Shown here in pieces: positions 50,112 to 58,446 of a stretch of 64,000 nt of DNA (position 1 is the stretch's first letter; each line of letters opens with the position of its first letter). This DNA is from an uncultured Eubacteriales bacterium. GTDB taxonomy: Bacteria; Acidobacteriota; Aminicenantia; Aminicenantales; Saccharicenantaceae. The position numbers and the translations under genes were made by a program. A model generated the notes under the pieces. The model was given only the letters and a program-made list of their open reading frames with translations, was not told the origin of the DNA and made no database searches. The stretch covers positions 9,575-73,574 of the forward strand of contig CAZFZU010000004.1 in NCBI GenBank assembly GCA_964523615.1, read 5' to 3'.

Positions 50112-50427
50112 CCTCGGATTCCCAGACCGTGACGGAGTCGACGGGATAGGTCTTCTTGAGCTCGCCGTAGAGGTGGCGGGCGATGTTCTCCGCGGACGGG
50201 TTGAAGGGGAAGGCCTCGTTGAGCAGGGTGTGATCGGGCAGGAGCGCGGCCAGGTTCCGCTTGATCTCGGTGAAGTCGAAGCCGATGCCCGCGGCGTCGA
50301 GCGTCCGGGCCCGCACGGCCACCTCGACGTGGAAGGTGTGGCCGTGGACCTTTTCGCACTTCCCCTTGTATCCCTCGAGATAGTGGGCGGCCGAGAACTT
50401 GTCCCGGACCTTGAGCGTCCAGCTCAT
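50080..50427 (-). CDS. queD: 6-carboxy-5,6,7,8-tetrahydropterin synthase
   Basis: F.AAH.L..Y.GKCE..HGH.F.VEV motifs. The ATG at 50427 overlaps the queC stop (ATGA). Confidence 0.9.
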   Translation of the reverse strand: MSWTLKVRDKFSAAHYLEGYKGKCEKVHGHTFHVEVAVRARTLDAAGIGFDFTEIKRNLAALLPDHTLLNEAFPFNPSAENIARHLYGELKKTYPVDSVTVWESEDASATYSEND

Positions 50428-51128
50428 CGGTGACCTCTCTTTCGCAGGCGGGCGAGCAGCGGGTCCTCGCGGCCGACGGCCCGCCAGGCCTCGGCCCGGA
50501 AGCGGCAGGACGAGCACGCGCCGCAGGGGCGCTCGCCTCCGGCGTAGCAGGAGACGGAGCGGGCGTAGTCGGCCCCGAGGCGGAGCCCCAGGCGGATGAT
50601 GCCGGGCTTGTCCAGGCCGAGGAGCGGCGCGAGGATGCGGGTCGGCGGGCCGCCGAAGGCCGCTTTCGTCCCGGCCCGGACGGCCCGCTCCATGGCCCGG
50701 ACGAAGGCCCGGGTCGTGTCGGGGTAGTCGGGCGAGTCGGCGACGTGGAAGCCGCAGACGAGGTCGCGGATGCCGCGGGCCTCGGCCCAGGCCGCGGCCA
50801 AGGCCAGGAAGACGCCGTTGCGGAAGGGCACGTATGTCGCCGGCGGCCCGGCCGGCTTGACGGCGCGGCGGCGGATCGGGGCCCGGGGGAGGGCGATCGC
50901 GGCGTCCGTCAGGGCCGAACCGCCTATGGGCCGCAGGTCGACCTCGAGGACGGCGTGGGGCACGCCGAGGCGGCGGGCGGCCCGCCGGGCCAGGGCGATC
51001 TCGACCCGGTGGCGCTGGCCGTAGTCGAACGTCAGCGCCTGGACCCGGTCGTAGCGCGCGAGGGCCCAGGCCAGGGCCGTCGTCGAATCGAGCCCGCCGG
51101 AGAACAGGACCACACAGGATGTCGACAA
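50424..51128 (-). CDS. queC: 7-cyano-7-deazaguanine synthase
   Basis: VVLFSGGLDSTT PP-loop and a C-terminal Cys cluster (C..C..C..C). Start proposed at TTG 51128, 4 nt after GGAGGA. The rest of the 1024-aa track ORF is antisense to plus-strand genes. Confidence 0.9.
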   Translation of the reverse strand: MSTSCVVLFSGGLDSTTALAWALARYDRVQALTFDYGQRHRVEIALARRAARRLGVPHAVLEVDLRPIGGSALTDAAIALPRAPIRRRAVKPAGPPATYVPFRNGVFLALAAAWAEARGIRDLVCGFHVADSPDYPDTTRAFVRAMERAVRAGTKAAFGGPPTRILAPLLGLDKPGIIRLGLRLGADYARSVSCYAGGERPCGACSSCRFRAEAWRAVGREDPLLARLRKRGHR

Positions 51129-51239
51129 GCGATCCTCCCGCCGTTGATGATAATGGACGCGTCGGAGATAAGCAAGCCGGCCGTCCCCGCCGGCGTTTGA
51201 CACCTCGGGGCCCGGATGGTATATCTTGAGATTCCGAAC

Positions 51240-52076
51240 ATGAGCGAAAAGTCCATCGTCGCCGGCATCGGCGGCGTCGTCCGCACCTACGAGCTCATGG
51301 ACCGCGTCCGGACGCGGCAGGACCTGGTCATCCGCGACGACCAGTTCGACCACGAAGCCCTGCTCGACGCCGCCCGCTACGCCGGCCGCCGGGGCATCCG
51401 GCTGAGCCTGCTCGACACCGGGCGGTTCGACCTCGTCCGCCTCGAGGCGCTGGCCGAAGCCGGCAGCCGCGTCCTGACCTCGGACGAGGCCCGTCCGCGG
51501 GCCGGCGAGTGGGAGGTCCTGCTCGAGGCCTGCCGCCGGGGCGGCACCCGGCCGGCCGCCTTCTGGCACGGCCCGCTGCCGGCGGCGGACGCGACCGAGG
51601 GCTTCACCCGTCTGGCCCTGACCGACCTGCTCGGCGGGGGCCTCGACCTCCACGTCTCCGACCGGGTTCACGCCCGCGACCCCGAGGACCTGGCCGGGTT
51701 GGCCGCCGCGGCGAAGAAGGGCCGCGGCTATTTCGTCGTCTACCACGCCGGCACTCTCCCGGCGGAACTGGCGGCGCCCGCCGCCCGTCGGGCCTGGGTC
51801 CACTTCTCGGACCGCGGCGCCGCCGTCGAGGGCTGGGCGGACCGGGCCCTGGCCGTGGCCCGGGCCGCGGCCGCGGCCGGATCGCGGGCCGTCGTCCACG
51901 TCGAGACCGGCCTGACCCTCGAGACCTTCGCCGCGCTCTGGGACGCGGGCGCCGCGCTCGTCGTCCTGACGCCGCCGAGCGACGACCGCTCCCTCCTCCG
52001 GCCGTACGAAGAGAAGGCCGCCCGGCGCAAGGTCCCGGCCCGGGCCTTCTACCTGTCCACGGCTTTCCTGCCGTGA
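51240..52076 (+). CDS. Hypothetical protein with four ~60-aa internal beta/alpha-like repeats
   Basis: Strong GC3 bias and no recognisable family. It contains repeating blocks ending in ..V[LH].[ST][DP]. A candidate TTGACA-N17-TATATC promoter (51197-51225) would leave almost no leader. Confidence 0.55.
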   Translation: MSEKSIVAGIGGVVRTYELMDRVRTRQDLVIRDDQFDHEALLDAARYAGRRGIRLSLLDTGRFDLVRLEALAEAGSRVLTSDEARPRAGEWEVLLEACRRGGTRPAAFWHGPLPAADATEGFTRLALTDLLGGGLDLHVSDRVHARDPEDLAGLAAAAKKGRGYFVVYHAGTLPAELAAPAARRAWVHFSDRGAAVEGWADRALAVARAAAAAGSRAVVHVETGLTLETFAALWDAGAALVVLTPPSDDRSLLRPYEEKAARRKVPARAFYLSTAFLP

Positions 52077-52091
52077 TATAATCGACGTCTT

Positions 52092-53342
52092 ATGGAAGCG
52101 CACAACCTCGGTCAGACGCTCTCGCTGTGGACGGTCGTCCCGTTCGTCGGGCTCCTTCTGTCCATCGCCCTGCTGCCGCTCAAGGCTCCGCATTTCTGGG
52201 AGAGCCACAAGAACAAGGGCCTGGTCGCTTTCCTGTGGTCCCTGCCGATCGCGGCGTACTTCCTGATGCGCGCCCCGCACGAGCTGGTCCTGTCGATGAA
52301 GGACTACGCCTCGTTCCTCATCCTGCTGACGGCCCTGTTCATCATCTCCGGCGGCATCGTCCTCAAGGGCGACCTCAAGGCCACGCCCGAGGTCAACACG
52401 CTCTTCCTGCTCGTCGGCGCCGTGCTGGCCAACTTCATCGGCACGACCGGCGCCAGCATGCTCCTCATCCGGCCGCTCCTGAAGACGAACTCCGAGCGCA
52501 AGCACACGCTCCACATCCCCATCTTCTTCATCTTCGTCGTCTCCAACATCGGCGGCCTGCTGACGCCGCTCGGCGACCCTCCGCTGTTCATGGGCTTCAT
52601 CAAGGGCGTGCCCTTCTTCTGGACCCTGCGGCTCCTGCCGCTCTGGGCCGTCATGGTCGGCGGCGTCCTGGCCATCTTCTATCTTTACGACGGCTTCCAG
52701 TACCGCAAGGAGGAGTGCCGGGACCTCATCCGCGACCGGCGCCGCGTCGTGCCCTTGCACATGACGGGGACGATCAACTTCCTCTGGCTGGCCGGCGTCA
52801 TCGCCGGCATCTTCCTGCCCTTCCCGCGCCGCGAGGGCGTGCTCGTCCTCATGACCGTGATGTCGCTGCTGACGACCAAGCGGGAGTGCCGCGTCGACAA
52901 CCGCTTCACCTACAATCCGATCATCGAGGTGGCCGTCCTGTTCGCCGGCATCTTCGTGACCATGGTCCCGGCCCTGCTCATCCTCAGCTCGCGGGCCGCC
53001 GAGATGGGCATCGGCAAGCCCTGGCAGTTCTTCTGGATGACGGGCTCCCTGTCCTCCTTCCTCGACAACACGCCGACCTACCTGGCCTTCCTGTCCATGT
53101 CCCAGGGGCTCGGCCTCAACGGGCCGGTCGTCGGCGTGCCCAACCTGTTCCTCATGGCCATCAGCGCCGGGGCCGTGTTCATGGGCGCCAACTCCTACAT
53201 CGGCAACGGCCCCAACTTCATGGTCAAGGTCATCGCCGAGGAGCACAAGCTGAAGATGCCCTCGTTCTTCGGCTACATGCTCTACTCGTTCGTGGTCCTC
53301 GTACCGCTCTACGTCGTCGTCACGCTGCTGTTCTTCAGGTAG
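52092..53342 (+). CDS. ArsB/NhaD-superfamily permease (annotated in relatives as sodium:proton antiporter)
   Basis: About 11-12 TM helices and an N-terminus (WTVVPFVGLLLSIALLPL..HFWE.HKNK) typical of this permease family. Confidence 0.75.
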   Translation: MEAHNLGQTLSLWTVVPFVGLLLSIALLPLKAPHFWESHKNKGLVAFLWSLPIAAYFLMRAPHELVLSMKDYASFLILLTALFIISGGIVLKGDLKATPEVNTLFLLVGAVLANFIGTTGASMLLIRPLLKTNSERKHTLHIPIFFIFVVSNIGGLLTPLGDPPLFMGFIKGVPFFWTLRLLPLWAVMVGGVLAIFYLYDGFQYRKEECRDLIRDRRRVVPLHMTGTINFLWLAGVIAGIFLPFPRREGVLVLMTVMSLLTTKRECRVDNRFTYNPIIEVAVLFAGIFVTMVPALLILSSRAAEMGIGKPWQFFWMTGSLSSFLDNTPTYLAFLSMSQGLGLNGPVVGVPNLFLMAISAGAVFMGANSYIGNGPNFMVKVIAEEHKLKMPSFFGYMLYSFVVLVPLYVVVTLLFFR

Positions 53343-53526
53343 AGACCGTCCGGACACGCGCCATGAACTCCCCGTACGCGTCCCGCCTGGAGCCCTGCGC
53401 CGCGGCGGCGGCTTCGCCGCAGAGGGCTCGCCCGATGGGCCAAACTGAAGGCCCCGAACCGGCCCCACTAATGGTGGTTCGGCCGCGCCGCGGTACAAAA
53501 AAAAGCGGTCGGAAACCAGAAAACGC

Positions 53527-53554
53527 TTGACAATCGGTTAGAATGGTCTATAAA
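53527..53554 (+). promoter_or_regulatory. Sigma70-type promoter TTGACA-N16-TATAAA
   Basis: The hexamers sit in a conspicuously AT-rich island, ~70 nt upstream of the first ATP-grasp gene. Confidence 0.5.
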
Positions 53555-53621
53555 TGAAAATGAAAAAATGGAACTCGAGAGAGATCTCCGCGTAAGAGAA
53601 GGCTGAGAGAAGGAACACGAG

Positions 53622-54731
53622 ATGAAGATCGCTTTGGTCTATAGCTCGAAAGCGGGCATGGAGGCGACGCTCGATCGCCGGCCCGACGAGCCGAAGGGCG
53701 AGGAGGACGAGCCTCCACTTCCGCCCGACATGCTCGCCGAGTGCGATTCCGACGAGACGATCGCCGCGGTCGGGCAGGCCCTCCGGGAAAAGCACCAGGT
53801 CGTTTTCGTCGAGTCCGACGACAAGGCCTACGGCCGCCTCAAGCGCCAGCGCCCCCAGCTCGTCTTCAACATCGCCGAGCGCGTCGTCGGCCCCAACCGC
53901 GAGTCCCACATCCCGACGGTCTGCGAGATGCTGGACATCCCCTACACGGGGTCCGATCCGCTGACCCTCGGCATCTGCCTCGACAAGTCGCGGGCCAAGG
54001 AGATCCTGTCCTACCACCGCATCCCTAACCCGGCCTTCTGGATCGTCGAGTCGGCCGCGGCCATCCCGGCCGGCGTGCGCCTGCCGGCCATCGTCAAGCC
54101 GCTGACCGAGGGCTCGAGCAAGGGCATCAAGAACAACTCCCTCGTCCACAGCTTGGGCGAGCTCTACGAGCGGGTCGACGAGGTCGTCGGGACCTACAAG
54201 CAGCCGGTCATCGTCGAGCGCTTCCTCGGGGGGCGCGAGTTCACCGTCGGCGTCCTCGGCAACGAGCCGAACTACGAGGTCCTGCCCATCGTCGAGATCG
54301 ACCACGGCCAGCTGCCGGCCGGGGCGGCGCCCATCTACTCGTACGAGGCCAAGTGGCTCTGGGACACGCGCGAGAAGCCGCTGGACATCTTCAAGTGCCC
54401 GGCCCCCGTCCCGCCGGTCCTGGCGGCCAAGATCGAGAGCCTCGTCGTGCGGACCTGCCGGGTCCTGCGCATCCGGGACTGGGCCCGGATCGACGTCCGG
54501 CTCGACGACAAGGGCGAGCCCAACATCCTCGAGATCAATCCCCTGCCGGGCATCCTGCCCCGGCCCGAGGACAACTCCTGCCTGCCCAAGGCGGCCCGGA
54601 CCGCCGGCTATTCCTATTCGGACCTGATCCACAGAGTGGTCGAGGAGGCCAGCAAGCGCTACGGCCTCCGTCCGACGCGCATCCGGCCCGCGGCGAGCGA
54701 ACGGCCGGCGGTCCTCGCGGATCGTGCATGA
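53622..54731 (+). CDS. ATP-grasp ligase, D-Ala-D-Ala-ligase-like (paralog 1)
   Basis: KIALVY start, E.DS.ETI, NIAE...RE..IP...E.L.IPYTGS, DK...K, PAIVKP..EGSS.GI, REF.VG, and C-terminal E[IV]NPLPG. Confidence 0.85.
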   Translation: MKIALVYSSKAGMEATLDRRPDEPKGEEDEPPLPPDMLAECDSDETIAAVGQALREKHQVVFVESDDKAYGRLKRQRPQLVFNIAERVVGPNRESHIPTVCEMLDIPYTGSDPLTLGICLDKSRAKEILSYHRIPNPAFWIVESAAAIPAGVRLPAIVKPLTEGSSKGIKNNSLVHSLGELYERVDEVVGTYKQPVIVERFLGGREFTVGVLGNEPNYEVLPIVEIDHGQLPAGAAPIYSYEAKWLWDTREKPLDIFKCPAPVPPVLAAKIESLVVRTCRVLRIRDWARIDVRLDDKGEPNILEINPLPGILPRPEDNSCLPKAARTAGYSYSDLIHRVVEEASKRYGLRPTRIRPAASERPAVLADRA

Positions 54732-55762
54732 CCGCTTCCCCCCACATCGCCATCGTCTACAACGCCTACGAACCCCGGCCGACGGCGACGGGCGAGCGTC
54801 TGTCCGAGGAGTCCGTGGCCGAGATGGCCAAGCAGGCCCAGGAGGCCGTCCAGAGCCTGGGCGTGGCGACGACGCTCGTGCCGCTCCAGAAGAGCCTGTT
54901 CAACTTCCTGGGACGGGTCCGCGAGCTCGATCCCGACGGCCTCATCAACCTCTGCGAGGGCTATTACGGCCGGCCGCAGTGGGAGTCCAACGTCGCCGGG
55001 ATCTTCGAGCTCCTCGGGCTGACCTTCACCGGTTCGCCGGCCAAGACGCTGGCCTTCTGCCAGGACAAGTTCAAGGCCAAGGCCGTGCTCAAGGCGGCCG
55101 GGCTGCCGACGGCGCCGGCCCAGCTCATGCTGACGGGAGAAGAGCCGCTCGAGCTGCGGTTCCCCCTCATCGTCAAGCCGAACGCGGAGGACGCCAGCCT
55201 GGGGGTCTATCCCGATTCGGTCGTCCGCGACGAGGAAGCCCTGCGGCGGCAGGTCCGGCGCTGCCTCGAGAACTACAAGCAGCCGGCCCTGGTCGAGGCC
55301 TTCATCGACGGGCGCGAGTTCAACGTGGCCGTCCTGGAGAACGGCGCGGTCCGGGCCCTGCCGGTCTCCGAGATCGATTTCTCGGCCCTGCCCAAGGACA
55401 CGCCGCGCATCCTCGGCTACGACGCCAAGTGGTTCGAGGACCATCCCTTCTACCAGAAGACGCCGCCGGTCTGCCCGGCCCCGATCGACGACGAGCTGCG
55501 TGGGCGGCTCCAGGGCCTGGCCGAGGCGGCCTTCCGGACCCTGGGCTGCCGCGACTACGCCCGGGTCGATTTCCGGATGGACGCCAAGGGCCGGCCGTTC
55601 ATCCTCGAGGTCAATCCCAATCCCGACATCAGCAACAACGCCGGCTACGCCCGGGCCCTGGCCGCGGCCGGCATCGGCTACGCCGCTTTCTGGGGCCTGA
55701 TGATCGACAACGCCATGGCGAGGAGGGCCGCCCATGATCCGGCCGATGGCGCCGCGCGATAA
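54728..55762 (+). CDS. ATP-grasp ligase, D-Ala-D-Ala-ligase-like (paralog 2)
   Basis: The ATG at 54728 overlaps the upstream stop (ATGA). IAIVYNAY, NLCEG, FTGS, DKFKAK, LIVKPN.EDAS.G, REFNVAV, DYARVDFR, ILEVNPNPD. Confidence 0.85.
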   Translation: MTASPHIAIVYNAYEPRPTATGERLSEESVAEMAKQAQEAVQSLGVATTLVPLQKSLFNFLGRVRELDPDGLINLCEGYYGRPQWESNVAGIFELLGLTFTGSPAKTLAFCQDKFKAKAVLKAAGLPTAPAQLMLTGEEPLELRFPLIVKPNAEDASLGVYPDSVVRDEEALRRQVRRCLENYKQPALVEAFIDGREFNVAVLENGAVRALPVSEIDFSALPKDTPRILGYDAKWFEDHPFYQKTPPVCPAPIDDELRGRLQGLAEAAFRTLGCRDYARVDFRMDAKGRPFILEVNPNPDISNNAGYARALAAAGIGYAAFWGLMIDNAMARRAAHDPADGAAR

Positions 55763-56207
55763 GGCCGACGTGCTCGGCCTGGTCCGGGCCACGGGCTTCT
55801 TCACCGAGGCCGAGGTCGGTGTGGCCGAGGAGCTCGTCGACATCTACCTCGGCCAGCCGGACCAGAAGGACTACGGCGTCGTCGTCGTCGAGGGCGAGGG
55901 CGGCGGCGTGGCCGGCTACATGACCTGGGGCCCGACGCCCCTGGCCGAGGGCGCCTACGACCTCTATTGGATGGCCGTGGCGCCGTCCGAGCAGGGGAAG
56001 GGGAGGGGCAAGGAGCTCGTCCGCTGGCTCGAGGACGAGGTCCGGAAGAGGGACGGGCGGGTCATCATCATCGAGACCTCGTCCCAGCCCAAATACCACG
56101 GCACGAGACGGTTCTACATCGATCTCGACTATAAAGAGGTCGCCCGGGTCCCGGATTTCTACCGGGCCGGCGACGATCGCGTCATCTACGCGAAGTATTT
56201 CCGTTAG
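55734..56207 (+). CDS. GNAT-family N-acetyltransferase
   Basis: 157 aa with the acetyl-CoA-binding motif V.PSEQGKGRGKELV. Overlaps the upstream gene by 29 nt. Confidence 0.8.
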   Translation: MIRPMAPRDKADVLGLVRATGFFTEAEVGVAEELVDIYLGQPDQKDYGVVVVEGEGGGVAGYMTWGPTPLAEGAYDLYWMAVAPSEQGKGRGKELVRWLEDEVRKRDGRVIIIETSSQPKYHGTRRFYIDLDYKEVARVPDFYRAGDDRVIYAKYFR

Positions 56208-56217
56208 GAGTTCGGAG

Positions 56218-57330
56218 ATGGACGACTGGCAACGCTTGCTCAAAGGGGCTCTCCGCAAGCCCGAAGAGATCGCGGCGAAATTCGGCCTGGACCTCGAGGA
56301 GGTCCGCCGCATCGCCAAGGTCTTCAAGATCCAGATCACGCCGTATTATGCCGGCCTGATCAAGGAGCGCGGGGACGCCATGTGGCGCCAGATGGTGCCC
56401 GACCCGGCCGAGCTCAAGGCCGACACGGGCGTGGCCGACCCGCTCGAGGAGGACCACGACTCGCCGGTGCCGAGCGTCGTCCACCGCTACCCCGACCGCT
56501 GCCTGTTCCTGGTCTCTCACAGCTGCGCCTCGTACTGCCGCTTCTGCACGCGGAAGCGGAAGGTCGGGGACCCGTCGAAGATCCACCCCCGCTACATCGA
56601 GGACGGGCTGGCCTACATCCGGAGCCACCCGGAGATCCGCGACGTCGTCATCTCGGGCGGCGACCCGCTCATGCTCGGCGACCGCCGGCTCGAGGCCATC
56701 GTCAAGGGCGTCCGGGCCATCCCCCACGTCGAGATCATCCGCATCGGCACGCGGGTGCCGTGCGTCCTGCCGCAGCGGGTCACCGAGAAGCTCGCGGCCA
56801 TGCTCAAGAAGTACCACCCGCTCTACGTCAACGTCCACTTCAACCACCCCGACGAGATCACGCCGGAGTCGTCGCTGGCGCTGGGGCGGCTGGCCGACGC
56901 CGGCATCCCGCTCGGCAACCAGACCGTCCTGCTCAAGGGCGTCAACGACGACCCGCTGGTCATGCGGCGGCTCATGCAGAAGCTGCTGTCGGTGCGGGTC
57001 CGGCCGTACTACATCTACCAGGCCGACTATGTCAGCGGCACGGAGCACCTGCGGACGACGGTCGAGAAGGGGCTCGAGGTCATGGAGAACCTGCGGGGCT
57101 GGACGTCCGGCCTGGCGGTGCCCTACTACTGCATCGACGCGCCCGGGGGCGGCGGCAAGATCCCGGTCCTGCCGAAGTACCTCCAGTCGATCAGCGAGGA
57201 GCAGGTCGTGCTGCGGAACTACGCCGGGGAGCTGTTCGTCTACCCGCAGGTCAAGGGCAAGCCGAAGCGCAAGCCACGCCCGTCCGAGCCCCCCTGCTAC
57301 AGCTTCGACGGCGCCCCCCCCATGCCCTAA
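56218..57330 (+). CDS. kamA: KamA-family radical SAM aminomutase (lysine 2,3-aminomutase-like)
   Basis: CASYCRFCTRKRKVG (CX3CX2C), SGGDPL, VRPYYIYQADYVSG, and IDAPGGGGKIPV with the PLP lysine. Confidence 0.9.
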   Translation: MDDWQRLLKGALRKPEEIAAKFGLDLEEVRRIAKVFKIQITPYYAGLIKERGDAMWRQMVPDPAELKADTGVADPLEEDHDSPVPSVVHRYPDRCLFLVSHSCASYCRFCTRKRKVGDPSKIHPRYIEDGLAYIRSHPEIRDVVISGGDPLMLGDRRLEAIVKGVRAIPHVEIIRIGTRVPCVLPQRVTEKLAAMLKKYHPLYVNVHFNHPDEITPESSLALGRLADAGIPLGNQTVLLKGVNDDPLVMRRLMQKLLSVRVRPYYIYQADYVSGTEHLRTTVEKGLEVMENLRGWTSGLAVPYYCIDAPGGGGKIPVLPKYLQSISEEQVVLRNYAGELFVYPQVKGKPKRKPRPSEPPCYSFDGAPPMP

Positions 57331-57333
57331 GAC

Positions 57334-57368
57334 GGGGTCAAACCTACTTTTTATCACTTTCCGACAAT
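57334..57368. repeat. Left terminal inverted repeat (35 bp)
   Basis: Exact reverse complement of 58409-58443. It extends to 41 bp (57328-57368) with one mismatch. An adjacent 6-bp hairpin CCGACA-ATAA-TGTCGG lies at 57361-57376. Confidence 0.9.
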
Positions 57369-58336
57369 AATGTCGGATCGACGGGTTCGGTCGGTTTCTT
57401 CAAGCCGATAGAAAGGACCTCGAAAGCGCGCTTGAGCGCTAAATTGTGCTCGAGTTCCTTCAGGATCCTCTTTTTCGCTCCAGAAACCCCGGACACACTC
57501 ATTTTAAGAAAGGACCCGATCTCTTCCAGAGAATAGTGCCCTATCCGTTTGCAGATCAAGATCGTCATCTCTTTGGTATGCCGGTTGAGCGTACCCAATT
57601 CTTTTTCTGTTGCTTCGAGGATCTCGAGCATCTCCGGCCGCTTCATGTAATAGCGGAGCTGCGGTCTCTCCCGATCTCTCGAGAGGGCTTGCTCCTGGAG
57701 GTGGTCAGCGCTTATCCGATCGATGAACGATGGCGTGCCGAGGATCCCAGATCTTCTCGATGCCTCGAAATCGGGATGGGGTTCGAGGCCTATCCCCGCG
57801 AGAACGAATTTCTCGAATAGTTCCCGGTCTTCCGTGCGCGTGCGATCATGACGTCCCAATATAACGGACGAGCATAGCCAGGGTTGTTTTTGCTTCGCGC
57901 CGACATATTCCTGATGGCTGGACCAGTGGTACTGTTCTGGCCTGCTCACGAGACCTGCCCGAACCGGATTCAAATGGATGTATCTCACGAGTTCCCAGGC
58001 ATAGGTCTCGGCCTCGACGAGTATGGACTTGAAACGGCCTTGAAAAAGGTGCCCACAACGGTCGTTCTTCTTGTTGAAATAGACCGTATAGCGCGTGTTG
58101 ATCGCATGCAGAGCTTTCGATAGCGCGCCATAGAGATCCTCGATCAAAAGATGATAGTGATTCGGCATCAGGCAATAGGCGTGGAATCGGATGCCGAAGT
58201 CCAGGGCCGCTTCTCCGAGGATCTTTAGGAAGAAAAAGCGGTCATCATCGGAAAGAAAGATCTCCTGTTTCCGATTCCCTCTGGAAAAGACATGGAAGAA
58301 GGCGCCTGGGTAATCGATCCGCAACTGGCGAGACAT
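57344..58336 (-). CDS. REP-associated/IS200-like tyrosine (HUH) transposase with C-terminal DnaA-C-like HTH domain
   Basis: FFHVFSRGN, HUH motif MPNHYHLLI, GHLFQGRFKS, catalytic-Tyr region RYIHLNPVRAGL, and a C-terminal HTH-like tail. The last 8 codons and the stop lie inside the left IR. Confidence 0.85.
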   Translation of the reverse strand: MSRQLRIDYPGAFFHVFSRGNRKQEIFLSDDDRFFFLKILGEAALDFGIRFHAYCLMPNHYHLLIEDLYGALSKALHAINTRYTVYFNKKNDRCGHLFQGRFKSILVEAETYAWELVRYIHLNPVRAGLVSRPEQYHWSSHQEYVGAKQKQPWLCSSVILGRHDRTRTEDRELFEKFVLAGIGLEPHPDFEASRRSGILGTPSFIDRISADHLQEQALSRDRERPQLRYYMKRPEMLEILEATEKELGTLNRHTKEMTILICKRIGHYSLEEIGSFLKMSVSGVSGAKKRILKELEHNLALKRAFEVLSIGLKKPTEPVDPTLLSESDKK

Positions 58337-58408
58337 GGGTTCTGATTCACTAGACGCACGCGGGCCGAACTTATTCTCATGGGGCAGGACGGAAGGAATG
58401 GCTACAAA

Positions 58409-58443
58409 ATTGTCGGAAAGTGATAAAAAGTAGGTTTGACCCC
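58409..58443. repeat. Right terminal inverted repeat (35 bp)
   Basis: Exact reverse complement of 57334-57368. It extends to 58449 with one mismatch. Confidence 0.9.
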
Positions 58444-58446
58444 TTC

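Larger units (their letters stand above)
57334..58443 (-). mobile_element. RAYT / IS200-like (Y1 HUH transposase) element bounded by perfect 35-bp inverted repeats
   Basis: A 1110-bp block of visibly lower GC (for example 31/60 G+C in line 57361-57420), carrying a single transposase gene flanked by inverted copies of GGGGTCAAACCTACTTTTTATCACTTTCCGACAAT. Confidence 0.75.

Noticed and set aside
50424-53498. 1024-aa minus-strand ORF apparently extending queC far upstream.
   Set aside because: Only the last 705 nt (from TTG 51128, preceded by GGAGGA) encode QueC. The remainder is antisense to two well-supported plus-strand genes (51240-52076, 52092-53342).
53343-53526. A8 run and short palindromes after the permease gene, as a possible terminator.
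   Set aside because: The stems are weak, and the T/A run is on the wrong side for a plus-strand terminator.
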